Below the pieces are notes generated by a model. That model saw only the letters and a program-made list of their open reading frames with translations. It ran no database searches and was not told the origin of the DNA. Positions 1 to 9,043 of a stretch of 64,000 bases of DNA are shown here, one piece after another. A program made the translations under genes and the position numbers. How positions within the stretch are numbered: position 1 is the first letter of the stretch; every line of letters begins with the position of its first letter. Source of the DNA: Thermoanaerobaculia bacterium (GTDB lineage: Bacteria; Acidobacteriota; Thermoanaerobaculia; Multivoradales; Multivoraceae); NCBI GenBank assembly GCA_965116145.1, contig OZ220482.1:2255957-2319956 (forward strand), read 5' to 3'.

Positions 1-617
1 GCCGGCGCCCTCGTCGTACGGGAACACCGTGAGGGTGTGGTTGCCGGCCTGCAGGCTGCCGTTCCACGAGTCTGCCGACGTGCTGCCCAGATTCGTGCAG
101 TCCGAGCTTCCCATCCGGCAGTCGAAGTCGATGGTCATGTCGTCCAGAGCTACCGTGACATCCGCCGCCGCAGGCAACGACAGACGGTAGGTCTGCTCGG
201 TGGACACTGCCGTCTCCTCCGCGTCGACGAGGGTCGTCGTCGTCGTCACCGTCCCGGAACTGCTGCCGCTGGATGGACGTTTCGTGGTGGCCTTCAGCGT
301 GTAGTTCCCGGTGCCGCTCTGGTAGGGGTAGACCACGATCTTGTGATCTCCCCTGGCCCAGCGTCCCGTTCCAGGAGTCATCCTGCGTTCCGCCGCGGTT
401 CGTGCAGCGATTCCCCGCCACGGTGCAGTCGAAGTCGATGGTCATTCCCGTCAACTCTACCGACACCTCAAGTTGCGACGACAGCCTGAGCACATAGGTC
501 CTGGCGGCCGACACGTTGACCCCCCGCTTCCCGCCCGAACCGCCGCTGGCCGGCGGCGGCGGCGGAGGCGGTGGCGGCCTCCCGCACCGAGTACGTGACC
601 CTGTAGGTCGTCTCCGC
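1..617 (-). pseudogene. Frameshifted remnant of a repeat-containing surface/secreted protein (PPC-like beta-sandwich repeats, poly-Pro linker); runs off the window edge
   Basis: Minus strand reads AETTYRVTYSVRE / PPPPPPPPPASGG...MTIDFDCTVAGNRCTNRGGTQDDSWNGTLG / DHKIVVYPYQSGTGNY...MTIDFDCRMGSSDCTNLGSTSADSWNGSLQAGNHTLTVFPY. A 21-bp repeat at 118-138 and 425-445 is 307 bp apart (not a multiple of 3). Frameshifts near 350 and 580. Confidence 0.6.
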
Positions 618-632
618 GGGGCGCCGGCCGCC

Positions 633-785
633 CGTGGCCGCGGCCAGGTTTCGGGGCTGAAGCGGGAAGACGTGGAGGCGGCGGCCCGGCTCGCGGCGGC
701 CGAGGGCACGGCCATCGGCCTGCGGGATGCCGCTCTTCTGCGTCTGGGCAGCGACTGCCTGCTCAGGGTCAGTCAGCTCGCCGCC
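633..785 (+). pseudogene. Tyrosine recombinase/integrase fragment (box I region only)
   Basis: RGRGQVSG...GLRDAALLRLGSDCLLRVSQL resembles the RD-ALL...LRxSE box I; putative catalytic Arg at 765-767; no N-terminal domain and no HxxR/Tyr downstream. Confidence 0.65.
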
Positions 786-837
786 ACCGCCGGGGAAACG
801 GAGGGCGCAGCGCTGCCCGACCGACAACCCCCGGTCG

Positions 838-843
838 TATACT
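838..843 (+). promoter_or_regulatory. -10 element for tRNA-Lys
   Basis: TATACT ending 5 nt upstream of the tRNA 5' end. Confidence 0.5.
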
Positions 844-848
844 GCGCC

Positions 849-924
849 GGGCCGTTAGCTCAGTTGGTAGAGCAGTGGACTTTTAATCCAAGGGTCGGGG
901 GTTCGATCCCCTCACGGCCCACCA
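849..924 (+). tRNA. tRNA-Lys (UUU)
   Basis: Cloverleaf GGGCCGT...ACGGCCC-A-CCA, anticodon loop CTTTTAA, T-loop GTTCGAT. Confidence 0.97.
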
Positions 925-1138
925 CGGCGGCTCCTGCCGTGCCAGGACGTACCGGACGGCATGAGCCCCTGCGCGATTCGGCCGCCGCCTGTCTGCGCGG
1001 ACCGGCGTGCCGGCTGCAGCGCGGCGAGCGCATGGGCGCGGGTCCGCAGACGAATCTCCGTCGACCGGCGCCTCGCGGCTCGCCGAAGGTCGAACGAGCG
1101 GTCCCGCCCTAAGGGCAAACGGAGTACGATGTCCGGTC

Positions 1139-3175
1139 ATGCCAACCGATCGGCGGTGCGCGATGTTCGGCGCGACTGTGGCCGCGTTGCTGCTCGCCGC
1201 AGCCTGCGGCCCGCGCGACGAGGACTGGCCCGTCTACCTCGGCGACGCAGGCCGGCGGCACTACAGCCCGCTGACCGAGATCAACCGGGAGAACGTCCAC
1301 CAGCTCGATGTCGCCTGGGTCTACGACGCGGGCGAGCCGCGCGGAGCGGGCGCCACGATGTACACGAGCCCCCTGGTCATCGACGGGGTGCTCTACGCGC
1401 TCTCGCCCCAGCTCGACGCCTTCGCATTGAACGCGTCGACCGGTGAGGAGCTCTGGCGCACGAACCTGAAGCTTCGCGGCAACGCCCAGCGAGGGCTGAT
1501 GTGGTGGGAACGGGGATCCGAGCGCCGCCTCTTCTATACCCACGGCAAGGACCTGATCGCCCTCGACGCCGCCGACGGAAGCCTGGTCGAGGAGTTCGGC
1601 GAGGGCGGACTGCTGGACCTGACGCCGGACGTCGACCGGGACGGAGTCATCTACGTCACCGTGCCCGGCGTCGTCTTCGAGGACAAGCTGATCCTCGGCT
1701 TCTCGACGAACGAGGACGAGAACGCCTACCCGGGTTCGATTCGCGCCTTCAGCGCGCTGGACGGCAGCCTCGTCTGGCGGTTCGACACGATTCCGGCGCC
1801 CGGGGAGCCCGGTTCCGAGACCTGGGCCGACGGGGCGCTCGGGCGCGCCGGGGGCGCCAACGTCTGGACCGGCATGGCGCTCGACAAGGAGCGCGGCCTC
1901 CTGTTCGCGCCGACGGGTTCGGCGACCCCCGACTTCTACGGAGCGAACCGTCTCGGCGACAACCTCTACGCCGACTCCCTGGTGACGGTCGACGCTCGCA
2001 CGGGCGAGCTCAGGTGGTACTTCCAGGTCGTCCGTCACGACCTGTGGGACAAGGACAACCCGTCACCGCCCACCCTGGTCCAGCTCGAACGCGGCGGCCA
2101 GGCGGTGGATGCGGTCGCGATGACGACGAAGACGGGACAGCTCTTCGTGTTCGACCGGGAGACCGGCGAGTCGATGTACCCGATCCACGAGATCAGGACG
2201 CCGATCCCGAGCACGCTCCCGGGCGAGGTGACGTCGCCGACGCAGCCGATGTCCGCCGTGGTCATCAGCCGGCAGGACTTCGAAGTCACGAACCGCACCG
2301 AAGAAGCGCGCAAGTTCGTCGAGGAGCGGATCAGGGACTGGGATCTACGGCCGTGGGCGCCGCCTCGGATCGGTACCGTGCTGTTCATGCCGTGGTACGA
2401 CGGCGGCGGCGAGTGGGGCGGCTCGGCGTTCGATCCGAGCAACAACCGCCTGATCGTCAACGCCAACGATGTCGCCGGCATCCTGGAACTGAACGAGGTG
2501 CCGGTCGGCTTCAGCCGCTACGGCGCCTATGCCGCGAACTGCGGGCGCTGCCACGGGCTGAAGCTTCAGGGAACCGACATGGCCGGCCCCCTGCTCGGCG
2601 TCGGCGACCGCCTGTCGCGCGAGGAGATCCGCCGCGTCATTCGCGAAGGCAGCGGCCGCATGGAGGGCTTTCCCCATCTCGACCGGGTCGAGCTGGGGGC
2701 CGTCGAGGCGTACATCCTGTCGCCCGAGCCAGTGGAGGACGAGCCGAGGGGCGAGGCCGCCTATGTCCTCGGCGGCTACGTCTATCTCCGCGACCACGAA
2801 GACCTGCCCGGCAACACGCCGCCCTGGGGAACGCTCAACTCGATCGACCTGGCCACCGGCGAGATCGTCTGGAAGGTCCCTTTCGGCGACTACCCGTCGC
2901 ATCCAGGTCTGGGGTTCGGGGCGGTCAGTTACGGAGGTCCGGTGGTGACAGCGTCCGGCCTCATCTTCATTGCCGCCACGCCGGATGAGATGTTCCGCGC
3001 CTACGACACCCGCAACGGCGAGATCCTCTGGGAGACGAAGCTCTCCGCAGCGGGCTACGCAACGCCGGCCGTCTACAGCGTCGAAGGAAGGCAGTACGTC
3101 GTCATCGCCGCCGGCGGAGGCCGCACCGGCGGGCCCTCGGGGGCCGACTACATCGCCTTCGGTCTGCCGGAATAG
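1139..3175 (+). CDS. PQQ-dependent (quinoprotein glucose dehydrogenase-like) dehydrogenase, lipoprotein with an internal c-type cytochrome domain
   Basis: Lipobox LAAAC; PQQ propeller motifs (GGANVW, HDLWDKD, GGGEWGG, GRQYVVIAAGGG); CGRCH haem-c motif; alternative ATG at 1163. Confidence 0.9.
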   Translation: MPTDRRCAMFGATVAALLLAAACGPRDEDWPVYLGDAGRRHYSPLTEINRENVHQLDVAWVYDAGEPRGAGATMYTSPLVIDGVLYALSPQLDAFALNASTGEELWRTNLKLRGNAQRGLMWWERGSERRLFYTHGKDLIALDAADGSLVEEFGEGGLLDLTPDVDRDGVIYVTVPGVVFEDKLILGFSTNEDENAYPGSIRAFSALDGSLVWRFDTIPAPGEPGSETWADGALGRAGGANVWTGMALDKERGLLFAPTGSATPDFYGANRLGDNLYADSLVTVDARTGELRWYFQVVRHDLWDKDNPSPPTLVQLERGGQAVDAVAMTTKTGQLFVFDRETGESMYPIHEIRTPIPSTLPGEVTSPTQPMSAVVISRQDFEVTNRTEEARKFVEERIRDWDLRPWAPPRIGTVLFMPWYDGGGEWGGSAFDPSNNRLIVNANDVAGILELNEVPVGFSRYGAYAANCGRCHGLKLQGTDMAGPLLGVGDRLSREEIRRVIREGSGRMEGFPHLDRVELGAVEAYILSPEPVEDEPRGEAAYVLGGYVYLRDHEDLPGNTPPWGTLNSIDLATGEIVWKVPFGDYPSHPGLGFGAVSYGGPVVTASGLIFIAATPDEMFRAYDTRNGEILWETKLSAAGYATPAVYSVEGRQYVVIAAGGGRTGGPSGADYIAFGLPE

Positions 3176-3460
3176 CTCGGGCCTTCCCACCCAAGACGCT
3201 GAACGGCTGGCCCAGCACATCCTCCGGGTCGACCGCTCCCGCGCCGAAGCTCTTGCCCGGGCGGTAGCGCTCGCCGAAGTCGGGCATCCGCTCGAACCGG
3301 ACCTGCGCGACAGTTTGGGGATCCGGCCGGACGGCCATGGTGCTCTCCAGGAGCTCGGCGCCGTCGCCGGTCCGTCCCCATCGCCTGGGCATCGGTACGT
3401 TCGGCGGCCGTCAGCGGCGTGCCGCCGGCCACGATCGACGGCGCGGTCGCGGGAGAGGGT

Positions 3461-4027
3461 TCACGGAGCCTGCAACCCCCAGCTATCCCAGCCCGCGGCC
3501 GGCGACCGGGCGAAGAGCTCGATCTTCCGTATGGCGGGGAACATCCGGTCGATCCGCCGTCGCACTTCCTCCGGCTTGCGCGAATGTTCCCGCCGCCGCT
3601 CGCTCACGAATTGACGGACGTCGCGCGCCCCGCGGGGCCGCGGAATCCGCCCGCGCCTGAACACCAGGCAGAGCTCGCACTGACTCATCGTGTAGTAGCC
3701 GGGGTTGACGCGGACCTTGTCCCATACGAAACCGACCGTCGCCCACCGGAACCCCCAGGCCTTGCCGAGGTCGATGGCCTGGTCCAGGTGCGGATTCGTG
3801 GCCCACATGAACAGCAGGCAGTCCGGCGCGGCGATGTGGGGAACATCCAGCGCCATCAGGTCTTCGAGCCGGACCGTCGAGTAGTGACGGATAGCGCCGC
3901 CGCTGTCGCCGGAGCCTTGTCCCGCGTGCTGTAGCTGGCCCTTGTAGTCCCACGGCGGGTCGGCGTAGATGACGCCGTACCGCGCCTGCGGAAGCGGCGG
4001 GAACGTGACCGGCGCCGTCCTCGTCAA
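3461..4027 (-). CDS. MT-A70 family N6-adenine methyltransferase (orphan)
   Basis: YGVIYADPPW, LFMWAT, FVWDK, HSRKP, KIELFAR motifs; TTG start at 4027 with AGGGA upstream. Confidence 0.9.
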   Translation of the reverse strand: MTRTAPVTFPPLPQARYGVIYADPPWDYKGQLQHAGQGSGDSGGAIRHYSTVRLEDLMALDVPHIAAPDCLLFMWATNPHLDQAIDLGKAWGFRWATVGFVWDKVRVNPGYYTMSQCELCLVFRRGRIPRPRGARDVRQFVSERRREHSRKPEEVRRRIDRMFPAIRKIELFARSPAAGWDSWGLQAP

Positions 4028-4065
4028 CCGGGTGGTCCCTGCCGGCCGCCAGCGGGCGCGGGCGC

Positions 4066-4196
4066 CGCACCGGGAAAGGCCAGGCGCCTGTCCGGCAAGG
4101 TGCTGCAGGCTGGAGGCCAGGCCGACGAAGAGCAACGAAGCCGGGCGGGATGCATGGCTGAAACGAGAATACAGCGACGTTCCTGTCGCGGAACTG
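4066..4196 (+). mobile_element. MITE-like family A, degenerate copy abutting the tkt TAG stop
   Basis: Shares CAGGCGCCYGTCCGGCAAGG and GAAGAGCAACG..GCCGG.CGGGATGCATGGCTGAAACGA with 41612-41769. Confidence 0.75.
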
Positions 4197-6242
4197 CTAC
4201 CGGCTGTCGAGCAGCCTCCGGGCGCGTGCTGCGATGGACGCCGCGTCGAGCCCCAGGTTCGCCGCCAGATCCCTGTACGGCGCCGACACGCCGAAGCGGT
4301 CGAGACCGACGACGTCGCCGTCGGAGCCCGTCCATCGTTCCCAGCCCAGGGTCGCCGCCGCTTCGACCGCCAGCCGCCGCCGGATCCCCGGCGGCAGGAT
4401 CCGGTTGCGGTACTCCTCGGGCTGGGCAGCGAACGCCTCCCAGGAGGGCATGCTGACGACCCGGACGGCATGACCCTCCGCTTCCAGCTCGGCCGCGGCG
4501 TCGAGCGCGGGGGCGACCTCGGAACCGGTGGCGATCAGGATCAGATCGGGCTCGACGCCGCCCTCCACCAGGACATAGGCGCCGCGAGCGACGCCGGCGA
4601 GGGCCCGTTCGGCGGTCGCCCCGAGCACCGGCAGCTTCTGACGGGAGAGAACGAGGGCACAGGGACCCGGCGTCTCCAGCGCAAGCGCCCAGGCCGCGGC
4701 GGTCTCGTTCGCGTCGGCCGGACGGACGACGACGAGCCCCGGCACGGCGCGCAGATGCGCCAGATGCTCGATCGGCTGATGTGTCGGGCCGTCCTCGCCC
4801 AGGAACACGGAATCGTGAGTGAAGACGTAGATCGTCCGGATCTCCATCAACGCGGCCAGGCGCAGGCTCGGCTTGAGGTAGTCGAGGAAGCAGAGAAAGG
4901 TGCCGCCGTAGGGCCGAACCAGGCCGGAAAGGGCCAGACCGTTCATCGCGGCCGCCATCGCGTGCTCCCGCACGCCGAACCGGATGTGGCGGGAGGGCGC
5001 TCCCGCCGCGTAGTCCGCCTCGCCCTCAAGCAGCGTGTTGTTCGAACCCGTGAGGTCCGCCGAGCCGCCGGCGAGTTCCGGGACAAGGTCCTTCAGGGCG
5101 TTGAGCGCGGCGCCGGACGCCGAGCGGGTGGCGATCGGACCGGCCGCCGGGTCGAAGCAGGGGAGCGCGTCACGCCAACCCTCCGGCAGGCGGCCGTCCA
5201 GGCGGCGGTCGAGCTCGGCCGCTGGCTCCGGGTACTCGCGGCGGTAGGACGCAAGCAGCGCCCGCCAGGCGGCCGCCGCCTCGGTTCCGGAGTTCGCCGC
5301 CGGAACGAACGCCTCGCGCGCCGCGTCCGGCACCAGGAACTCGGGCTCGAGCGGCCAGCCCAGGGCCCTTCTGGTTGCCGCCGCTTCCTCCGCACCGAGC
5401 GGTGCGCCGTGGGAATCGGCCGTGTCCTGCTTGTTGGGGCTGCCGTAGCCGATGTGGGTCCGGACCTGGATCAGGCTCGGCCGGGCGGTCTCAGCGAGCG
5501 CTGCCTCGAAGGCCGCGTCCAGAGCCCGGATGTCATTGCCGTCCTCGACCGACAGCGTGTGCCAGCCGCAGGCCCTGAAGCGGTCGGGCACATCCTCGCT
5601 GAAGCTCAGGTCCGTGGGGCCGTCGATCGTGATCCGGTTCGCGTCGTAGAGCACGTTCAGCTTGCCGAGCGCGAGGTGGCCGGCCAGCGAGCACGCCTCG
5701 GAAGCGACACCTTCCATCAGGTCGCCGTCGCTGGCGAGCACCCAGGTGCGGTGATCGAACAGAATGTGACCCGGGCGGTTGAAGCGGTCGGCCAGCAGTT
5801 CCTCGGCGATCGCCATGCCGACCGCCGCAGCGATGCCCTGGCCGAGCGGTCCGGTCGTCACCTCGACGCCCGGTGTCAGGCCGTGCTCCGGATGTCCGGG
5901 CGTCAGCGAGCCGTACTGCCGGAAGTTCCGGATCTGGTCGAGACTCAGGTCGTAGCCGGCAAGATGAAGGAGACCGTAGATCAGTGCCGAGGCGTGGCCG
6001 CAGGAGAGGACGAAGCGATCCCGGTTCGGCCACTGCGGGTCGCCGGGCGCGAAGCGCAGGTACTTCGTCCACAGCAGCGCCGCCATGGCCGCCTGCCCCA
6101 TCGGCGCGCCGGGGTGGCCGCTGTTCGCCCGTTCGACCATGTCGACGGCGAGAAAGCGCAGCGTGTCGGTCGCCGCGTCCAGCGCCGGATGCGGCGACGG
6201 ATCTTCGACGCCCGAGGCCTCGACAGCCCCGACCCGATTCAT
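4197..6242 (-). CDS. tkt: Transketolase
   Basis: [46 protein letters not shown] motifs. Confidence 0.97.
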   Translation of the reverse strand: MNRVGAVEASGVEDPSPHPALDAATDTLRFLAVDMVERANSGHPGAPMGQAAMAALLWTKYLRFAPGDPQWPNRDRFVLSCGHASALIYGLLHLAGYDLSLDQIRNFRQYGSLTPGHPEHGLTPGVEVTTGPLGQGIAAAVGMAIAEELLADRFNRPGHILFDHRTWVLASDGDLMEGVASEACSLAGHLALGKLNVLYDANRITIDGPTDLSFSEDVPDRFRACGWHTLSVEDGNDIRALDAAFEAALAETARPSLIQVRTHIGYGSPNKQDTADSHGAPLGAEEAAATRRALGWPLEPEFLVPDAAREAFVPAANSGTEAAAAWRALLASYRREYPEPAAELDRRLDGRLPEGWRDALPCFDPAAGPIATRSASGAALNALKDLVPELAGGSADLTGSNNTLLEGEADYAAGAPSRHIRFGVREHAMAAAMNGLALSGLVRPYGGTFLCFLDYLKPSLRLAALMEIRTIYVFTHDSVFLGEDGPTHQPIEHLAHLRAVPGLVVVRPADANETAAAWALALETPGPCALVLSRQKLPVLGATAERALAGVARGAYVLVEGGVEPDLILIATGSEVAPALDAAAELEAEGHAVRVVSMPSWEAFAAQPEEYRNRILPPGIRRRLAVEAAATLGWERWTGSDGDVVGLDRFGVSAPYRDLAANLGLDAASIAARARRLLDSR

Positions 6243-6303
6243 CGAATCGTGGTCCTCGCCGTTCGCTGCCGAGGCGGCTCCGATCGGAGCAGGCAGCCGG
6301 TCA

Positions 6304-6831
6304 TCAGGGATCCGAGTTCAGGTAGCGGTCGACCGCGGCCTCGAGCGCGCGGCTCGCGAGACCGTTCTCGCGGGCGCGGTCCCGGGCCTCGTCCCGATCC
6401 ACGCCCTTCGCTACGACCTGGTAGGCGTAGTACATCGCGCCGACCCGGTTGCCCGTGGCGCAGTGGACCAGCACCGGGCCGTCCACCTTCTCCATCGCCT
6501 CGACGAAGCGCTCGAAGGTCTCGGGCTGCGCCAGCCGATCGCCGTCGACCGGCAGGTTCAGGTAGGGGACATCGAGGCCCTGGAGCGCCGCCGGCTCGTC
6601 GAAGCCGCGATCCTCTCGCTCCGTGCGCAGGTCGATCACCAGAGCCAGCCCGTCGGCGGCCATCGCCCGGAGCTGATCCTCGGTCGGCTGACCGCCGAAG
6701 AGCACACCCGGCTCCGGATGCTTCGCGTTGCGCAGCCCATGGCTGCTGTCTTCGGCGACGGCGGACGCCGCGAGGAGAAGAAACGCGGTCAGCGCCAGCG
6801 CGCCATTCATCGATTTCATCGGTTGTCGCAT
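6304..6831 (-). CDS. Secreted DUF442/PTP-fold sulfurtransferase- or phosphatase-like protein
   Basis: Signal peptide ([16 protein letters not shown]); [20 protein letters not shown] (Cx4R loop); ATG overlaps the sufT stop (TGATG). Confidence 0.8.
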   Translation of the reverse strand: MRQPMKSMNGALALTAFLLLAASAVAEDSSHGLRNAKHPEPGVLFGGQPTEDQLRAMAADGLALVIDLRTEREDRGFDEPAALQGLDVPYLNLPVDGDRLAQPETFERFVEAMEKVDGPVLVHCATGNRVGAMYYAYQVVAKGVDRDEARDRARENGLASRALEAAVDRYLNSDP

Positions 6832-7172
6832 CAGAAGAACCCCAGTTCGAGCCTGGCGGCTTCGCTCATCATCGCCGGATTCCAGGCTGGATCCCAGACC
6901 ACGGCGACCTCGGCGCCGCCGACGCCCTCGACGCCGCGCACCGTGCGCTCCACGTCCCCGGGGAGCGACTCGGCGACCGGGCAGTGGGGGGAGGTCAGGG
7001 TCATCTGCACCTTGACCTGAGCGTTCGCCTCGATCCGCACATCGTAGATCAGGCCCAGTTCGTAGATATCGACCGGAATCTCGGGATCGAAGACGGTCTT
7101 GAGCGCCTCGACGATCCGGGCCTCGAGTTCGGCCGTGTCCGTACCGGCAGCCGCCGGTGATCCGTCTTCCAT
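6831..7172 (-). CDS. sufT: SUF system Fe-S assembly protein (DUF59/PaaD-like, SufT)
   Basis: LKTVFDPEIPVDIYELGLIY, MTLTSPHCP, VWDPAW; GGAGG RBS upstream of ATG 7172. Confidence 0.9.
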   Translation of the reverse strand: MEDGSPAAAGTDTAELEARIVEALKTVFDPEIPVDIYELGLIYDVRIEANAQVKVQMTLTSPHCPVAESLPGDVERTVRGVEGVGGAEVAVVWDPAWNPAMMSEAARLELGFF

Positions 7173-7199
7173 CTCCAGAGACCTCCTGTCGCCGTCCAG

Positions 7200-7280
7200 C
7201 AGTCCGTGGTGAGCCCGGCCGTCCGTGGCGACATCGGCCTGCATTCGATTCGTTGCGGCACGCACTTCCAGCACGGACAG
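7200..7280 (-). mobile_element. MITE-like family A, internally deleted copy with a duplicated right end (sufU-sufT spacer)
   Basis: Reverse complement CTGTCCGTGCTGGAAGTGCGTGCCGCAACG...CGAATGCAG...GCCACGGACGG...CCACGGACTG matches both ends of 41612-41769. Confidence 0.7.
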
Positions 7281-7285
7281 CGAGT

Positions 7286-7732
7286 CTACTCCGTGGAGAC
7301 GGAATCCCCGCCCTCGAGCGCGGACCGCAGGGCATGCCACGCCAGCGTCGCGCACTTGATCCGTACCGGATAGTCCCGCACACCGCCAAGGACTTCCAGC
7401 TTGCCCAGGTCGACCGCTTCGGCCGCTCCGTTCTCGCCAGTCATCAGGTTGAGGAAGGCCGCGATCAGCGCCTCCGCCTGCGGCCGGTCGAGTCCCCGGA
7501 CCGCCTCGGTCATCAGGGACGCGGAGGCGGTCGAGATCGCGCAACCGACGCCTTCGAAGGTCACCCCGTCGATCCGGTCGCCGTCCAGGCGAAGGTAGAC
7601 CTTGATCTGATCGCCGCAGAGCGGGTTGTGGCCCTCGGCACAGGCCGACGCCGGATCGAGGACACCGAAGTTCCGCGGCGTTCGGTAGTGGTCCAGAATC
7701 ACCTGCTGGTACAGGTCGCGGAGATCGGACAT
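7286..7732 (-). CDS. sufU: SUF system NifU-family protein SufU
   Basis: LYQQVILDH, NPLCGD, GCAISTASAS, RIKCA. Confidence 0.95.
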   Translation of the reverse strand: MSDLRDLYQQVILDHYRTPRNFGVLDPASACAEGHNPLCGDQIKVYLRLDGDRIDGVTFEGVGCAISTASASLMTEAVRGLDRPQAEALIAAFLNLMTGENGAAEAVDLGKLEVLGGVRDYPVRIKCATLAWHALRSALEGGDSVSTE

Positions 7733-7756
7733 CGCCGGAGCCCAGGACTACGCCGA

Positions 7757-9043
7757 TCAGCCGAAGATCCGCCGCACTTCGTGCAGCCCGGCGACCAGCC
7801 GTTCGACTTCCTCGTGCGTGTTGTAGAGCCCGAACGACGCGCGCACGGTGGCCGGGACGCGGAACCGGTCCATCAGCGGTTGTGCGCAGTGGTGCCCGGC
7901 GCGGATGGCAATGCCCTGTTCGTCCAGGATGGTCGCTGCATCGTGCGGATGAGCGCCTTCGATCAGCAGCGAAACGACCGCGGCGCGGCGAGCGCCGTTG
8001 TCCCTGGCCCGCCCAACGACACGAATCCACGGCACGTCGTCCAGGATGGCCAGGGCGTGGGAGAGCAGTTCCTGTTCGTGGATTTCGATCTGCTCCAGCC
8101 CGACCGACTCCAGGAACTCGACCGCGGCGCCCAGGCCGATCGCCGGCGCGATGCTCGGCGTTCCCGCCTCGAACCGCTGCGGCGGCGCCGCGTACTCGCT
8201 GCGCTCGAAGGTGACCCGCGTGATCATCGCGCCGCCGCCGTGGTACGGGGGCATCGCCGCCAGCAGCTCGTGGCGGCCCCAGAGCGCGCCAATGCCGCCA
8301 GGGCCATACATCTTGTGGCCCGAGAAGGCGTAGAAGTCGCAGCCCAGGGCGGCGACATCGACCGTCATGTGCGGCGCCGCCTGCGCGCCGTCGACGACGA
8401 CGGCCGCATCGGACCGCGACCGCGCCAGCGCAACCACGGCAGGAACGTCGTTCACCGTACCCAGGGCGTTGGAGACGTGGGTCACCGCGACGACCCGGGT
8501 CCGCTCGTTGATCATCCCGGCCATCCGGTCGAGATCGAGCTCGCCCTCGTCGGTGATCGGCGCCGCACGCACCCGCGCGCCGGTCTGCTCGCAGACGAGC
8601 TGCCAGGGGACGATGTTCGAGTGGTGCTCCATCTCGGTCAACAGCACCTCGTCACCGGGGCCCAACCGGGGTCGACCGTAGCTCTGGGCGACCAGGTTCA
8701 GGCTCTCGGTAGTGCCGCGGGTGAACACGACCTCGCGGCTGTCCGGGGCGCCGATGAACCTGGCGACCTTGCCGCGCGCCGCTTCGTACGCGTCCGTCGA
8801 TTTCTCCGACAGCGCGTGGACGCCGCGATGCGCGTTGGCGTAGTAGGTGCGGTAGCAGTCGGCGACCGCATCGATCACGACGTCCGGCCGCTGCGAGCTC
8901 GCGGCGTTGTCGAGGTAGACCAGCCGGTGGCCGTGGATGTCCTGAGCGAGGATCGGGAAGCGGGCGCGCAAGCGCTCGACAGCCAGCGCCGTCATCGGCT
9001 CAGGCGGCGCCGCCGTTGCCCCTGCTGCCGTCGAGTCTCGCAA
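7757..9043 (-). CDS. sufS: Cysteine desulfurase SufS
   Basis: YLDNAASSQ, FSGHKMYGP (PLP Lys), RAGHHCAQP (type II). Confidence 0.96.
   Translation of the reverse strand: MRDSTAAGATAAPPEPMTALAVERLRARFPILAQDIHGHRLVYLDNAASSQRPDVVIDAVADCYRTYYANAHRGVHALSEKSTDAYEAARGKVARFIGAPDSREVVFTRGTTESLNLVAQSYGRPRLGPGDEVLLTEMEHHSNIVPWQLVCEQTGARVRAAPITDEGELDLDRMAGMINERTRVVAVTHVSNALGTVNDVPAVVALARSRSDAAVVVDGAQAAPHMTVDVAALGCDFYAFSGHKMYGPGGIGALWGRHELLAAMPPYHGGGAMITRVTFERSEYAAPPQRFEAGTPSIAPAIGLGAAVEFLESVGLEQIEIHEQELLSHALAILDDVPWIRVVGRARDNGARRAAVVSLLIEGAHPHDAATILDEQGIAIRAGHHCAQPLMDRFRVPATVRASFGLYNTHEEVERLVAGLHEVRRIFG

Noticed and set aside
551-578. GGC-rich tandem run
   Set aside because: Encodes the poly-Pro linker of the minus-strand pseudogene; not a separate repeat system
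3969-7160. 1063-aa plus-strand ORF and similar long ORFs (7157-9097, 11170-13347, 13775-16519, 45388-48042, 55177-57591, etc.)
   Set aside because: Antisense or alternate-frame shadows of well-conserved genes in GC-rich DNA; no recognisable motifs
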